From an uncultured virus (IMG/VR IMGVR_UViG_3300021961_000062) (lineage: Duplodnaviria; Heunggongvirae; Uroviricota; Caudoviricetes), in IMG/VR virus record IMGVR_UViG_3300021961_000062, positions 1 through 64,000 of that record: a stretch of 64,000 bases of DNA; one strand, written 5' to 3'. The first letter of the stretch is position 1, and every line of letters begins with the position of its first letter. Below, in pieces: positions 1-9,857 of this stretch. The translations under genes and the position numbers were made by a program. The notes under the pieces are model-generated. The model was not told where the DNA came from. It was given only the letters and a program-made list of their open reading frames with translations, and ran no database searches.

Positions 1-61
1 TCCTTAATGTTGGATATTTATCTAATAGAGGTAGTCTATAAACAAATAAAAACAGATCGTT

Positions 62-445
62 ATGAAAAAAATACTTTTTACTATAATGATGTTCGTTGCG
101 ATAGGACTCTCGGCGCAAGAGTATGAGATAACCAACGTTAAAAGAGAGACTAAACTAATTCAAGTCGATTATAACCAATTTAAGGTCATAATGAGAGACC
201 ATTCGACAGGTCAAATTGAACAAGTGGGTTACTATACCCTTGTAAATGACGCGTTGGTGAAAGATGGTGTGTGGAAAATGTACGATAACAATGGTAAGGT
301 TATCACCACCGCCAAATTTTCAGATAATAGGGTTGTGTGGATCGAATCTAATAGAGGTAGATACACTTCAGAACAAATTGAACTTCATAGGTTACGAAGA
401 AAAGTTAATGAACTTGAGGGTATCGTAGCCATGGGTACCAACTAA
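62..445 (+). CDS. Secreted hypothetical protein
   Basis: Signal peptide MKKILFTIMMFVAIGLSA; one MORN/YwqK-like segment (KDGVWKMYDNNGK); TATTTAT promoter at 15-21. Confidence 0.6.
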   Translation: MKKILFTIMMFVAIGLSAQEYEITNVKRETKLIQVDYNQFKVIMRDHSTGQIEQVGYYTLVNDALVKDGVWKMYDNNGKVITTAKFSDNRVVWIESNRGRYTSEQIELHRLRRKVNELEGIVAMGTN

Positions 446-460
446 GGTAACCATTGTAAC

Positions 461-489
461 AAAAAAAGGTGTCGATTGACACCTTTTTT
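461..489. terminator. Bidirectional intrinsic terminator
   Basis: AAAAAAGGTGTC-GATT-GACACCTTTTTT between convergent ORFs. Confidence 0.85.
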
Positions 490-492
490 ATT

Positions 493-807
493 TTAGTTGG
501 ATTTATTCTTAGGTTTCCTTCCTCTTCTCTTTTCACCCTTGAGTGCGTCTACCACATCGGTAGTTTGATCTACTAAGTTCTTAGTGGCTACCTTCACATC
601 CCCTATTTCCTCTTTGACTCGTTTCGCTCTACGCTTAACTTCATCGGTTGTTTTCCTAACCGTTTTCTTAACTTCGGAAACTTTATCCTCAACAACATCA
701 GGAATTAGATCATGATCTTCGTCCTTAATCTTACCGGTTTTGATCAATAGGATAATACCACCAAAGACTGCGGCCAATAGAACTAAAATAATTAGAAGTG
801 TTTTCAT
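493..807 (-). CDS. Membrane-anchored coiled-coil hypothetical protein
   Basis: N-terminal TM helix, charged helical tail. Confidence 0.6.
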   Translation of the reverse strand: MKTLLIILVLLAAVFGGIILLIKTGKIKDEDHDLIPDVVEDKVSEVKKTVRKTTDEVKRRAKRVKEEIGDVKVATKNLVDQTTDVVDALKGEKRRGRKPKNKSN

Positions 808-1014
808 AATTTTTGTTTTTTTGAAGTATAAGGGTTTTTTGAAAAAAAGTAAACCCTTTTGGGACCCAGTATCTCTAGTAATGCTTTCTAGTTAATAAAT
901 GCTAGGCCTAGATAAATATATAATTCTGGGTAAAAATTCGAGAAAAAAAAATAAATTGTTCGATTCAAATATTTATTAAGAGTAATAAACCGTTGGGATC
1001 AATCGAATAATCAA

Positions 1015-1251
1015 ATGAAAAAAATTGTAGTTACAGAAGATCAATTGAAGAAACTCTCTAAGACTTTATATGAGAATGATTTGGAATATCATAAGGTTGA
1101 TGATGCGTCTGCAGAATCCGACGAATATGATATGGATGAAGGTAAAAGAGCTTTATCTAGAACAAGAAAGAAAAGATTGTTCTCCAAAGCAGAGATTATG
1201 TCAAACCCCAGCAGGTTTAAACTACACGATAAAAAGTTAAAGGGTCTTTAA
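1015..1251 (+). CDS. Putative head-packaged protein
   Basis: N-terminal MKKIVVTEDQL motif shared with other late ORFs; TATTTAT at 970-976. Confidence 0.5.
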   Translation: MKKIVVTEDQLKKLSKTLYENDLEYHKVDDASAESDEYDMDEGKRALSRTRKKRLFSKAEIMSNPSRFKLHDKKLKGL

Positions 1252-1763
1252 AGAGTATATGCCTCTATTTCCGCCTTTGTAATAATTATGTTACCTTCCT
1301 GATCATTAGATAGAGTTAGTTCTAACACATCACCAATGGTTATAACTCCTTCGGCATGAATCTCCTCAACTTCTAAAACCTTATCCCAATCTACGGACAC
1401 GGTGATCAAATGTTCTTCTTGTTTAAAATCACCCTCTTCATCTCCTTCACTGATAGTATTAATTTCCAACTCTAACTCGTCATCAACACCACTAATTCCG
1501 TATAAGTATATTGATTTGATTCCCCAACTACGATGTTCTTGATCGATGTAATAAACCATGGTAATATTTCCACAAGAAGCGTATTCTACTTCCTCACCGT
1601 TGAATTTAACGTCATGATACCCAAGCCTAACTTCAATATCCTCTCTTCTGTATTGATTATCGGAAGAAGATTCTGTTATTGTTTCTGTTGAGTTAGTAGA
1701 TTCATTTTCAACGAACTCACCGATCATACCTAATTGTTTTTCAGTTACGACAATTTTTTTCAT
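1248..1763 (-). CDS. Acidic putative head-packaged protein
   Basis: N-terminal MKKIVVTEKQL; TATTTAT on minus strand at 1781-1787. Confidence 0.5.
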   Translation of the reverse strand: MKKIVVTEKQLGMIGEFVENESTNSTETITESSSDNQYRREDIEVRLGYHDVKFNGEEVEYASCGNITMVYYIDQEHRSWGIKSIYLYGISGVDDELELEINTISEGDEEGDFKQEEHLITVSVDWDKVLEVEEIHAEGVITIGDVLELTLSNDQEGNIIITKAEIEAYTL

Positions 1764-1870
1764 GTTACAGTCCTTTTGTTATAAATATCTCTTTACGGGG
1801 TTAATTGACTGAATCCCCCGTATTTATATAATACCCTCAGTCGATGGGTCAACAAATATATAACAAATAG

Positions 1871-1902
1871 TTTGGTATATTAAAAAAATATACCTATGTT
1901 TG
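1871..1902 (+). promoter_or_regulatory. Host-type (Bacteroidota sigma70) promoter
   Basis: TTTG-N20-TATGTTTG matches the -33/-7 consensus TTTG-N19-21-TAnnTTTG. Confidence 0.75.
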
Positions 1903-1925
1903 TCTAATAAGAAGTCAATAAATTA

Positions 1926-2420
1926 ATGGAAAACATGAAATTTAAAAAACTTTTATTAGTTTGTTTGTCCCTGTTAGGGTCATCATTCTTTACTGTAAGT
2001 TCAAGTACCCAACGGTATTTTGAAGAAAAATTAGACTTGGAACCTAAACCAATTGCCGATCTCGTAGAACCCATCGATCATCTAATTGAAGCGATGATTA
2101 TGGTTGAGTCGGGGGGTGATGATTCCGCAGTCGGAGACACCCACTTGGGTGAACCATCGATAGGGGTTCTACAAATCAGACCAATAATGGTAAGAGAAGT
2201 GAATAGACTTTTAAAAAAGATGGGTTCTGATGAAAAGTATAAGTTAAAAGATCGATTTGATAGAGATAAGTCAATTGAGATGTTTAAAGTGTGGTATACC
2301 TATTATCATGAAGATTCTGAATTCGAGGCAATTGCTCGGAGTTGGAATGGAGGTCCAAAGGGACCACATAATAGTAGAACCATACATTATTGGAACAAAG
2401 TACAAAGTCAGTTAGAATAA
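1926..2420 (+). CDS. Lysozyme-fold muramidase / lytic transglycosylase with signal or anchor peptide
   Basis: MIMVESGG catalytic Glu, GVLQI and SWNGG motifs. Confidence 0.75.
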   Translation: MENMKFKKLLLVCLSLLGSSFFTVSSSTQRYFEEKLDLEPKPIADLVEPIDHLIEAMIMVESGGDDSAVGDTHLGEPSIGVLQIRPIMVREVNRLLKKMGSDEKYKLKDRFDRDKSIEMFKVWYTYYHEDSEFEAIARSWNGGPKGPHNSRTIHYWNKVQSQLE

Positions 2421-2446
2421 AAAAGGGGGTTAATTAACCCCCTTTT
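2421..2446. terminator. Bidirectional intrinsic terminator
   Basis: AAAAGGGGGTTAA-TTAACCCCCTTTT inverted repeat. Confidence 0.8.
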
Positions 2447-4268
2447 CATGTATGTCTGTTGGTGTTTTAAACCAATTTGGGGCGGTACCCTCGTCACTTA
2501 ATTGGTCGATCATCCAATCCCTCTCTACCGCCTGAGGTAAGAATTTGTTTACATAAGTATTATGTGACATGATAACCCCTTTTTTAACACCACCTTGAGT
2601 TACAACTCGAGTATCTGCTAAAGTATAGAAGTTATTTGTGTCTTCGATATTGTTAGTTTTACTGTAACAACTCACAAAGTAATCCTCGGGAAGATCTTCC
2701 ATGAAACTTTCATTTTGTTCATTCATTTCTTCTGCTCGATCATCATCCTGTGGTTGGTTATAATCTTGTGGTTGTTGGGAGGATAACATATCTTCAATAT
2801 CTTTTTTAAAGAAGAATGTTTTAGGCCAATCTTGACCCATAATTGGTGAGTAATCAGGTTCATACCTCACACCGTCTTTTTCGTACCAATCTGCACCCCT
2901 TTTATTGAATAGTCCAAATTTACCCTGACTAACCCCTGAGTTACTTCTAAATACGATTATATTATCACTGTTTGAACTGATCATAGCAATATCAAATTTA
3001 TTTTGCATGATCTTCTCCATTAATGTGAAAATGGTGATCCTATCTCCCGAATATCTATCTACGATAGGTCCCTCGATACCCTCACCATTTAGGATTCTCT
3101 CTAACTTATCCCTATATACCTTAGTGTCTAAAATGTATTTAAGGACTTCATATCTTTGGAATCTATCAGACCAGTTTCTACCTGTTATGGTTTCCATATA
3201 TCTAAACATTAGGCCCTCATCCATGGATTGGAAGGATCTAAGTTCCATTAGGTATTGACCATTAGAACATTTGTCGACAATATATTGAAGTTTAACTCTT
3301 CTTTGTTGGACTGAGAAATCGTAACATGGTCCACCACCCGTACACTCTCTTTCACCGATCATATCGATTAATCTTAGTTTCTCATCGGATAGGTTTAATT
3401 CTGTACGAGGATCATAGGGTACCTGTTTTGATACAATCTCTCTAACACCTTCTTCGGTAAGTTGTGGGTGTAAATCAACCAAACTCTTACTAGGGTCGTT
3501 CGGGTTATTCCATTTTACATAGACATTACCCCCACTATTTTTAAGATCCGTATACTCAAACTCATCAGCTCCCTTAGTTGTTGGGAGTATGGCAAAAATA
3601 TGGTGTTGATTTGTTTCAGGTAAATTGTCGTCAATACCATAATATAAAGTCATGTTACGACTACGGTATGTATTCCACATGTTACCACTTCTGTTCCACG
3701 TAGTACACCAATGACTTCCATTAATTTTATCCGCTACGTAGTTTTCGTACATTCCAAAGGCCACACTTTGTTTTTGGTTTAATGGGAGGTATAGTCTAAA
3801 ACCATTACCATTATCATAGACTTTGTTTTGTTCCCCAAACCACAGAGACTTAGAGAATTCGAATTTCTCTTCCTTTGAGGACCCCTTGAAAAAGGACTCT
3901 TCCCACGGACCCGACCCCCTATCATCCATAATATCAACATCGTAACCATAATCATCTAATAATGATGTTATTTGCTCTAATGTGTATGAGTTTATATCAA
4001 GTAATTTTGTGGGATCGAAGGCAGTGAAACCGTGTTCACCATCAAACCTTTTTAAAAAAGAATCCCTTATCGGATCGTTTTTAGCCTTTAACTTTCCGCT
4101 GAGTCCTGGGTAACCATCTTCACCTTTAAAAACATTCCATATATAGTTAACGGTCTCTATAGAGATATCCGCATCTTCTGTGGACCACCTCTTCAAGAGA
4201 CCGTTTTTAATCTGTTCTTTTGCCCCTTCTTCTAGGACAATCTCGTAAAGTAAATCTTTGATCTTCAT
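2430..4268 (-). CDS. Large hypothetical protein, probably virion-associated
   Basis: 612 aa; MKIKDLLYEIVLEE leader; TATTTAT at 4291-4297; HWCT motif. Confidence 0.5.
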   Translation of the reverse strand: MKIKDLLYEIVLEEGAKEQIKNGLLKRWSTEDADISIETVNYIWNVFKGEDGYPGLSGKLKAKNDPIRDSFLKRFDGEHGFTAFDPTKLLDINSYTLEQITSLLDDYGYDVDIMDDRGSGPWEESFFKGSSKEEKFEFSKSLWFGEQNKVYDNGNGFRLYLPLNQKQSVAFGMYENYVADKINGSHWCTTWNRSGNMWNTYRSRNMTLYYGIDDNLPETNQHHIFAILPTTKGADEFEYTDLKNSGGNVYVKWNNPNDPSKSLVDLHPQLTEEGVREIVSKQVPYDPRTELNLSDEKLRLIDMIGERECTGGGPCYDFSVQQRRVKLQYIVDKCSNGQYLMELRSFQSMDEGLMFRYMETITGRNWSDRFQRYEVLKYILDTKVYRDKLERILNGEGIEGPIVDRYSGDRITIFTLMEKIMQNKFDIAMISSNSDNIIVFRSNSGVSQGKFGLFNKRGADWYEKDGVRYEPDYSPIMGQDWPKTFFFKKDIEDMLSSQQPQDYNQPQDDDRAEEMNEQNESFMEDLPEDYFVSCYSKTNNIEDTNNFYTLADTRVVTQGGVKKGVIMSHNTYVNKFLPQAVERDWMIDQLSDEGTAPNWFKTPTDIHEKGVN

Positions 4269-4304
4269 ATAAGAAACTCGAGTTTCTTATATAAATATAT
4301 CGGA

Positions 4305-4643
4305 TTAACTAATTACGGCTTTTGTAGACATAGAAATCTTAATGTTCTGCAATTCCTCGATGGCGTTCTGTAACAACCTTTCAGTCATTATTAACTTCAT
4401 TAGGATTTCAGCATTAGGATTAGAGTTTTCACTTATGAGATTGTTTATCACCATATTTTTTACAATCTCCGCACTCTGATCTGTTTTCAGTCTATTTTTC
4501 TTTCGTTGGTGATACTTTTTAGAATTTTCTTTAGTACACGAAACGCAATAGATGCTGTGACCGTCGTTCATTCTTTTGTTTTTGTAGAATTCGTTGAGGG
4601 TTTTCTCCTCATGACAACCACTACATTTTTTCATATTCTTCAT
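4305..4643 (-). CDS. Zinc-finger protein (CxxC...CxxC, like the N-terminus of phage HNH proteins)
   Basis: CSGCHEEK..EFYKNK..DG.SIYCVSC; no nuclease domain follows. Confidence 0.6.
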   Translation of the reverse strand: MKNMKKCSGCHEEKTLNEFYKNKRMNDGHSIYCVSCTKENSKKYHQRKKNRLKTDQSAEIVKNMVINNLISENSNPNAEILMKLIMTERLLQNAIEELQNIKISMSTKAVIS

Positions 4644-4700
4644 AATATTGAAAATTTATCAATACAAAAGTATGTATAAGTTAGGATATTGCCAAACATT

Positions 4701-5267
4701 ATGGAAAAAATTTTATTTAAAAAAGGTTACTACTCTGTGTATGAAATAAAAAAGGGTGACACGGTCACATATAAGGTGGATAGTGGTAAAACCCTCTTTG
4801 TTGCTAGATTTAACAAATACATACCAAACCCCTATAGAGATATTAAAGATTTCAAAACTTTAGAGTCCGCAAAGAAATACGTGGACAAGAAGTTGATGGT
4901 CAGTAAACAATTGAAAAAGAAGAAGTTAGACTCTCTCCCAAAATCACTTTATTTGGTTTTAATAAAGGAAGAAAAGAGTGGTAAGACATTCGTAAAGGTG
5001 GGGATCACCTCAAAAAAGTTTATTCTTAGAAGGTTCTCAAAAGCGTATGGATATGAGGGGTATACCTTGGAGAGTATATTAAGGAGGATTGACAGTCCCA
5101 GGGCTGAGAGGTTAGAAGAATCAATAAAACATACACTAAAAAAGAAAAAGTCTGTAAAAAGTTACAGACCTTTATTAGAATCCTTTAGTGGATATAGTGA
5201 ATGTTATGATTTAGAATGTTTGGAAACAATCTTAATGGTATTCGATTCTGCGACCAAAAACGATTAG
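4701..5267 (+). CDS. GIY-YIG/T5orf172-like nuclease domain protein
   Basis: LYLVLI...VKVGIT...RRF...E...GYSECY pattern; ATG at 4701 preferred over TTG 4689. Confidence 0.6.
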   Translation: MEKILFKKGYYSVYEIKKGDTVTYKVDSGKTLFVARFNKYIPNPYRDIKDFKTLESAKKYVDKKLMVSKQLKKKKLDSLPKSLYLVLIKEEKSGKTFVKVGITSKKFILRRFSKAYGYEGYTLESILRRIDSPRAERLEESIKHTLKKKKSVKSYRPLLESFSGYSECYDLECLETILMVFDSATKND

Positions 5268-5611
5268 TTATTACACCTACATGGGTCTCCACCAAAGAAC
5301 TTAAGTATTTTACCCCATAGGTCGTGATCTAAAAATCCTAACTCAATTAATTTTTTAGCGGTACAACAACCCATTAAACCATCGACCATTAAACCATGTT
5401 CTTTTTGAAACATCATTGCCGCTTCTTGGGATTTAGGACCCCACGCACCATCTGCGGGGATTGGAGATTTACCCTTTGACTTTAAGTATTTGTTCAATCC
5501 AACCTGAGCCCAATACATATCTTCAACAGATCCGTCGTTTGAGTATTGTTCTTCTATAACCTTATCTAAGATTTTTTTTACTTGTGATTCTGTAAAAAGG
5601 TATTTTTTCAT
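5264..5611 (-). CDS. Peptidoglycan-binding domain protein with head-targeting-like leader
   Basis: ADGAWGPKS...FQKEHGLMVDGLMG PG_binding_1 repeats; MKKYLFTESQV leader. Confidence 0.75.
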   Translation of the reverse strand: MKKYLFTESQVKKILDKVIEEQYSNDGSVEDMYWAQVGLNKYLKSKGKSPIPADGAWGPKSQEAAMMFQKEHGLMVDGLMGCCTAKKLIELGFLDHDLWGKILKFFGGDPCRCNN

Positions 5612-5617
5612 AATATG

Positions 5618-6244
5618 TTATTTACTATATAAATAGTTCGATAAAAATCCTGCGACTCTTTGGGTTCTCTCATTTAAAAAATGAACCTGTTCATCCGTTA
5701 ATTTTCTTTTTCTGTTATAATCTAACCCCAATAAACCAATACAATTATCTGTTTTAATATCGAACAGACCTACGGTGTAGGATGATTTTGTCCCTGTAGA
5801 CTCACTGGCACCCTTCAAACCAAATGTGGCAACTTCTGGATCATTATAATCAGGAATATAAATGTGTCTGTGATTTAAAATTTCTTCTGTTGCTCTACTG
5901 TAAAGTGAAACGGGTAGATTTGTGAATATGTGGGCAACAGGAGGTACACCACTTTTACAATTTTCGTAAGTCATTGAGAATTTCTTCATTGATTTATCAT
6001 GAGTTAGGAAGTTTCCTCCGTTGTGATACATCACGATCCATGATCTATCCGCCTTCAATTCTTCTCGAATATCCTCAATCTCCCCATTAACAACCATAGT
6101 ATACTCTATTTCTTGTTTTATTGGGTCTGGTCGGTCCGAAGATCTAAATTTTATCTTTACGTATTCAACAATACTAGGACCTATGATTGCGGTTATTACC
6201 GCGACAATAATTAAACTTACCATTTCTATCATGTGTGTATCCAT
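5618..6244 (-). CDS. Single-TM protein with GAF-like domain (T4 holin T-like architecture)
   Basis: TM helix then ADRSWIVMYHNG...IGLLGLDY GAF-like pattern; start moved to ATG 6244, downstream of TATTTAT 6268-6274. Confidence 0.5.
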   Translation of the reverse strand: MDTHMIEMVSLIIVAVITAIIGPSIVEYVKIKFRSSDRPDPIKQEIEYTMVVNGEIEDIREELKADRSWIVMYHNGGNFLTHDKSMKKFSMTYENCKSGVPPVAHIFTNLPVSLYSRATEEILNHRHIYIPDYNDPEVATFGLKGASESTGTKSSYTVGLFDIKTDNCIGLLGLDYNRKRKLTDEQVHFLNERTQRVAGFLSNYLYSK

Positions 6245-6502
6245 TATATACAAAAAACTATACGTTAATAAATATGTCCTTATATCCGTATTTTGGACCG
6301 TAAATAAATTTTTCTGTGATATAAGCGCCACAAAATCGATTTAACCACCGTTTTTCATATTTGGAACTGATTATGAAGTTGATAAGACCAAAAAAAAATC
6401 GTATTTATTTCGTGACGAGTTTATGAAAAGGGCTGTAACCATTGATTTATTTCCCAAATTTTCGTACATTATTGTCACTAATAAACTAAAAAAACAAAAT
6501 TT

Positions 6503-9217
6503 ATGAGGAAATTTTTATTTGTATTAATGTTGGCTGTAATGTCAACAACGGGAGCCTTAGCACAAATCACGGGTAAGGTTGTCGATGCAGACACAAAAGA
6601 AGGTTTACCAGGTGCCAATGTTGTTCTTAAAGGAACAACAAATGGGTCGGTAACCGACTTTAATGGTAAGTTTACTATTAACGGGTCTGAAGGTGATTTA
6701 TTAGTCGTCTCTTTTATTGGTTATGGATCAATTGAGTTGTCGGCGAAAAATGGAATGACTGTAACTCTCCTACCACAGTCAAACCAATTAGGTGAGGTGG
6801 TTGTCACCTCTGGTGTTATTGACGTTGCGAAAGTAAGGGAAACCCCTGTTGCGGTATCGACAATATCCCCACGGGAAATATCCCTAAAAGTTGGTAACCA
6901 AGAGTTCCCTGAAGTTATGAATAGGACTCCAGGTGTGTACGCAACAAAACAAGGTGGTGGATATGGTGATTCAAGAATCTCATTGAGAGGTTTTGACCAA
7001 AGAAACACATCTTTCTTAATTAACGGTCAACCAGTCAACGATATGGAGAATGGTTGGGTCTATTGGAGTAACTGGCAGGGGTTAACTGATGTGGCATCAG
7101 GTATCCAAATTCAGAGAGGTCTCGGTGCATCTCGTTTGGCGGTTCCTTCAGTTGGGGGAACCGTTTCTATTTTTACTAAGGCGGCAGATAAAGCTGAGGG
7201 AGGTTCATTATCCCAAACAATTGGTAATAACGGGTACACTAAAACAACGGCTGTTTACAACACTGGTAAGGATGAGAAGGGATGGGCAACATCTGTATTA
7301 TTATCTAAGTGGGAAGGTGATGGTTATTCATATGGAACAGCAGGAGAGGGTTGGACATATTTTACTGCGGTTGGTTACCAACCTAAAGGTTCTAATCACT
7401 CCCTTAATTTATCATTCTTAGGTGCGGGACAGTGGCACCATCAGAGAAGTTCGTGGATCTCCATTAGAGATTACCAAAACTTCGGATCTGACCATAAAGA
7501 GGGTATTGATAGGAGATGGAATACTGATGCTGGTTTCTTAAACGGTGAGGAATACAACATGAGAAGAAACTTCTACAATAAACCATTGGCAACCTTCAAT
7601 TGGGATTGGCAAATTAAATCTAACTTAAAACTTAACACCTCACTTTACGCATCTGCTGGTCGTGGTGGTGGTACGGGTCCAAGAGGTGGAAACTTTAGAA
7701 ATGGGGATATCGACTTCTACCCATATAATAAAGACCTTACCGAACATTACTTAGATGGTGGTAGAGGTACTCGTGATGAAAATGGATTTATTAATTTCGA
7801 TGCTGCGGTGTCAGTAAACCAATCGACCACACAAGGATATACAGGATCTATTAGTGGTTTTGAAGGTCTTTTAATTGGGTCTAATGGATTTAAAGATGAT
7901 GGTGTCAACAGAGCCGTTCTCGTTAGGAGAGCGTCTATGAACTCACACGATTGGGTTGGTGCTATTTCTAACTTAGAAGGAGAGTTTGGTAAGTTTAGAA
8001 CATCTATCGGTGTAGACTTAAGACACTATAAAGGATACCACTATAGAGTATTAAATGATTTGTTAGGTTTAGATGGGTATTATTCCACAGGTAATAAAAA
8101 CTCTAATGGACAAATCATCAATACTTTAGTTGAGGCATCTCCATTCACAAATACCGGTATTAGAGGACCTAAGATCGACTATTACAATAACGGTATTGTT
8201 GGTTGGCAGGGAGTCAACGGTTTAATTGAGTATTCCGATCAAGGTAGGATTACCGCCGTAGTTCAAGGTGGTTTATCCAATCAATCCTTCCAAAGAGAGG
8301 ATTTCTTCGACCAACCTACATTACCAATTTCTGAGACAAAGAACATTGGTGGAGGATACTTAAAGGGAGGTGCTAACTATAACATTAATGATAAGTCGAA
8401 CTTATTCTTTAATGCGGGTTATATTTCTCGTCAACCACAATTTGATGCGGTATTCCCCAATTATGCAAACATTGTAAATGATGATTTACAAAACGAGGAA
8501 ATTCGATCAGTAGAGTTAGGTTATGGTTTTATTACTAATAATCTGACCCTTAATGTAAACGCTTACTCAACCACATGGGGAAATAGATTTATTTCTCGTT
8601 CTTTATTTAACGCTCAAGGTGATCAGGGTTACGCACAATTTAGAAATATTGACGTAGTTCATAATGGTATTGAGGTTGAGGGAACCTACAGAGTTGGTGA
8701 TAATTTAAAATTGTCGGGAATGGTTTCTATTGGTGATTGGAGATACACCAAGGATTTTGAAGCGGAGATTTTTGATGCAGATCAACAATCAATTGGTACG
8801 GGTACTCTCTACCTAAAAGACGCTAAAGTTGGTGATGCCGCTCAGTTCACAACCTTCTTATCTGCCGATTATCGTTTAGGTAAAAGAACAAACTTAGACT
8901 TCGGTTATAGATTTGTTGATGGGTTATATGCGGACTATTCACCCGCTGACGCCATCTTTACTCAACCAGATAACGATGGGGCTTTAAAGTTACCTTCATT
9001 TGGTTTGGCGGATTTAGGGGTTTCCCGAAGATTCGGTAAGTCATGGTCTTTAAGAGTAAATATAAATAACCTTTTTGATAAGGTTTATATTTCAGAATCT
9101 GAGACAAACATTCACGCCGATGAAAATTCAGTTACATGGAACGGTGTTGATGTTAGAAACTCCGTATGGTTCGGTTTCGGACGTACATGGAACACATCTT
9201 TAAAGTATTCGTTCTAA
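6503..9217 (+). CDS. TonB-dependent outer-membrane receptor, Bacteroidota type
   Basis: Signal peptide, carboxypeptidase-regulatory-like N-domain (ITGKVVD..LPGANV..GSVTDFNGKF), plug (TPGV..LRG..INGQPVND), beta-barrel ending NNLFD...YSF. Confidence 0.92.
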   Translation: MRKFLFVLMLAVMSTTGALAQITGKVVDADTKEGLPGANVVLKGTTNGSVTDFNGKFTINGSEGDLLVVSFIGYGSIELSAKNGMTVTLLPQSNQLGEVVVTSGVIDVAKVRETPVAVSTISPREISLKVGNQEFPEVMNRTPGVYATKQGGGYGDSRISLRGFDQRNTSFLINGQPVNDMENGWVYWSNWQGLTDVASGIQIQRGLGASRLAVPSVGGTVSIFTKAADKAEGGSLSQTIGNNGYTKTTAVYNTGKDEKGWATSVLLSKWEGDGYSYGTAGEGWTYFTAVGYQPKGSNHSLNLSFLGAGQWHHQRSSWISIRDYQNFGSDHKEGIDRRWNTDAGFLNGEEYNMRRNFYNKPLATFNWDWQIKSNLKLNTSLYASAGRGGGTGPRGGNFRNGDIDFYPYNKDLTEHYLDGGRGTRDENGFINFDAAVSVNQSTTQGYTGSISGFEGLLIGSNGFKDDGVNRAVLVRRASMNSHDWVGAISNLEGEFGKFRTSIGVDLRHYKGYHYRVLNDLLGLDGYYSTGNKNSNGQIINTLVEASPFTNTGIRGPKIDYYNNGIVGWQGVNGLIEYSDQGRITAVVQGGLSNQSFQREDFFDQPTLPISETKNIGGGYLKGGANYNINDKSNLFFNAGYISRQPQFDAVFPNYANIVNDDLQNEEIRSVELGYGFITNNLTLNVNAYSTTWGNRFISRSLFNAQGDQGYAQFRNIDVVHNGIEVEGTYRVGDNLKLSGMVSIGDWRYTKDFEAEIFDADQQSIGTGTLYLKDAKVGDAAQFTTFLSADYRLGKRTNLDFGYRFVDGLYADYSPADAIFTQPDNDGALKLPSFGLADLGVSRRFGKSWSLRVNINNLFDKVYISESETNIHADENSVTWNGVDVRNSVWFGFGRTWNTSLKYSF

Positions 9218-9236
9218 ACGTAATAATTTTAAATCT

Positions 9237-9261
9237 AAAGGGGACTTCGGTCCCCTTTTTT
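9237..9261 (+). terminator. Intrinsic terminator
   Basis: AAAGGGGAC-TTCG-GTCCCCTTTTTT. Confidence 0.85.
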
Positions 9262-9311
9262 ATTGACTAATGGTTTGATTTTGTGTATATTTTTATACCG
9301 ACAGTATTAAT

Positions 9312-9857
9312 ATGAGTAAGATAATAAACCTTTTTGGTGGTCCCGGTGTGGGTAAATCATCTATCGCATCAGGAATTACATACAAACTTAAAAAGAAACA
9401 CATTACATGTGATAATCCGTATGAGTTTCCTAAGTTGTTGGCGTGGGATGAGAACCACTCGGCCATAAGGGATCAGTTGTTTGTATTGGCAAATCAACAC
9501 AGAGGGATTGTTAAGTCATATGGTAAGGTAGACTACATCATTCTTGATTCACCTATTTTATTGTCACTAACCTATAAGAGTTATTACAAATCAAATCAAT
9601 ACCCCGCAACATTGTATGGGGACACGTTTGATAAAATGGTTTTAGATATTTATAACCAATATGAGAATATCAACATAATGTTGGTAAGGGGGGATGGTAA
9701 CCATAATGATAAAGAGAGATATCAAAATTTAGAAGAATCCAAAGAGTTGGATTGTGAGATTGAGAAATCACTTACCGATAACGGAGTTTTATATCATAAG
9801 GTTAAGGTCAATAGTCATACCGTTAAAAACATTCTAAAAATAATATTGGAAAAATAA
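9312..9857 (+). CDS. NadR-like P-loop kinase/ATPase (AAA_28)
   Basis: INLFGGPGVGKS Walker A, ILDSPILL, ERYQ motifs. Confidence 0.75.
   Translation: MSKIINLFGGPGVGKSSIASGITYKLKKKHITCDNPYEFPKLLAWDENHSAIRDQLFVLANQHRGIVKSYGKVDYIILDSPILLSLTYKSYYKSNQYPATLYGDTFDKMVLDIYNQYENINIMLVRGDGNHNDKERYQNLEESKELDCEIEKSLTDNGVLYHKVKVNSHTVKNILKIILEK

Noticed and set aside
461..489. Near-identical terminator stems at 461 and 48599 as a repeat family
   Set aside because: Only a 9-bp stem is shared, with different loops; explained by ordinary terminators
1780..1787. T4-type TATAAATA late promoters
   Set aside because: At the sites examined the adjacent gene start is on the opposite strand, so the functional reading is TATTTAT
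1794..1849. Pistol ribozyme
   Set aside because: Loop pseudoknot and AAA linker are similar, but P3, the GCG motif and the GU cleavage site are missing
4305..5267. Mobile intron or homing element
   Set aside because: The zinc-finger and GIY-YIG-like ORFs are free-standing; no interrupted gene or intron core is visible
6245..6331. Longer starts for ORFs 5618-6331, 24373-24786, 25878-26135, 48623-48838, 55401-55868
   Set aside because: The extensions run through the promoter motifs; downstream ATGs fit better
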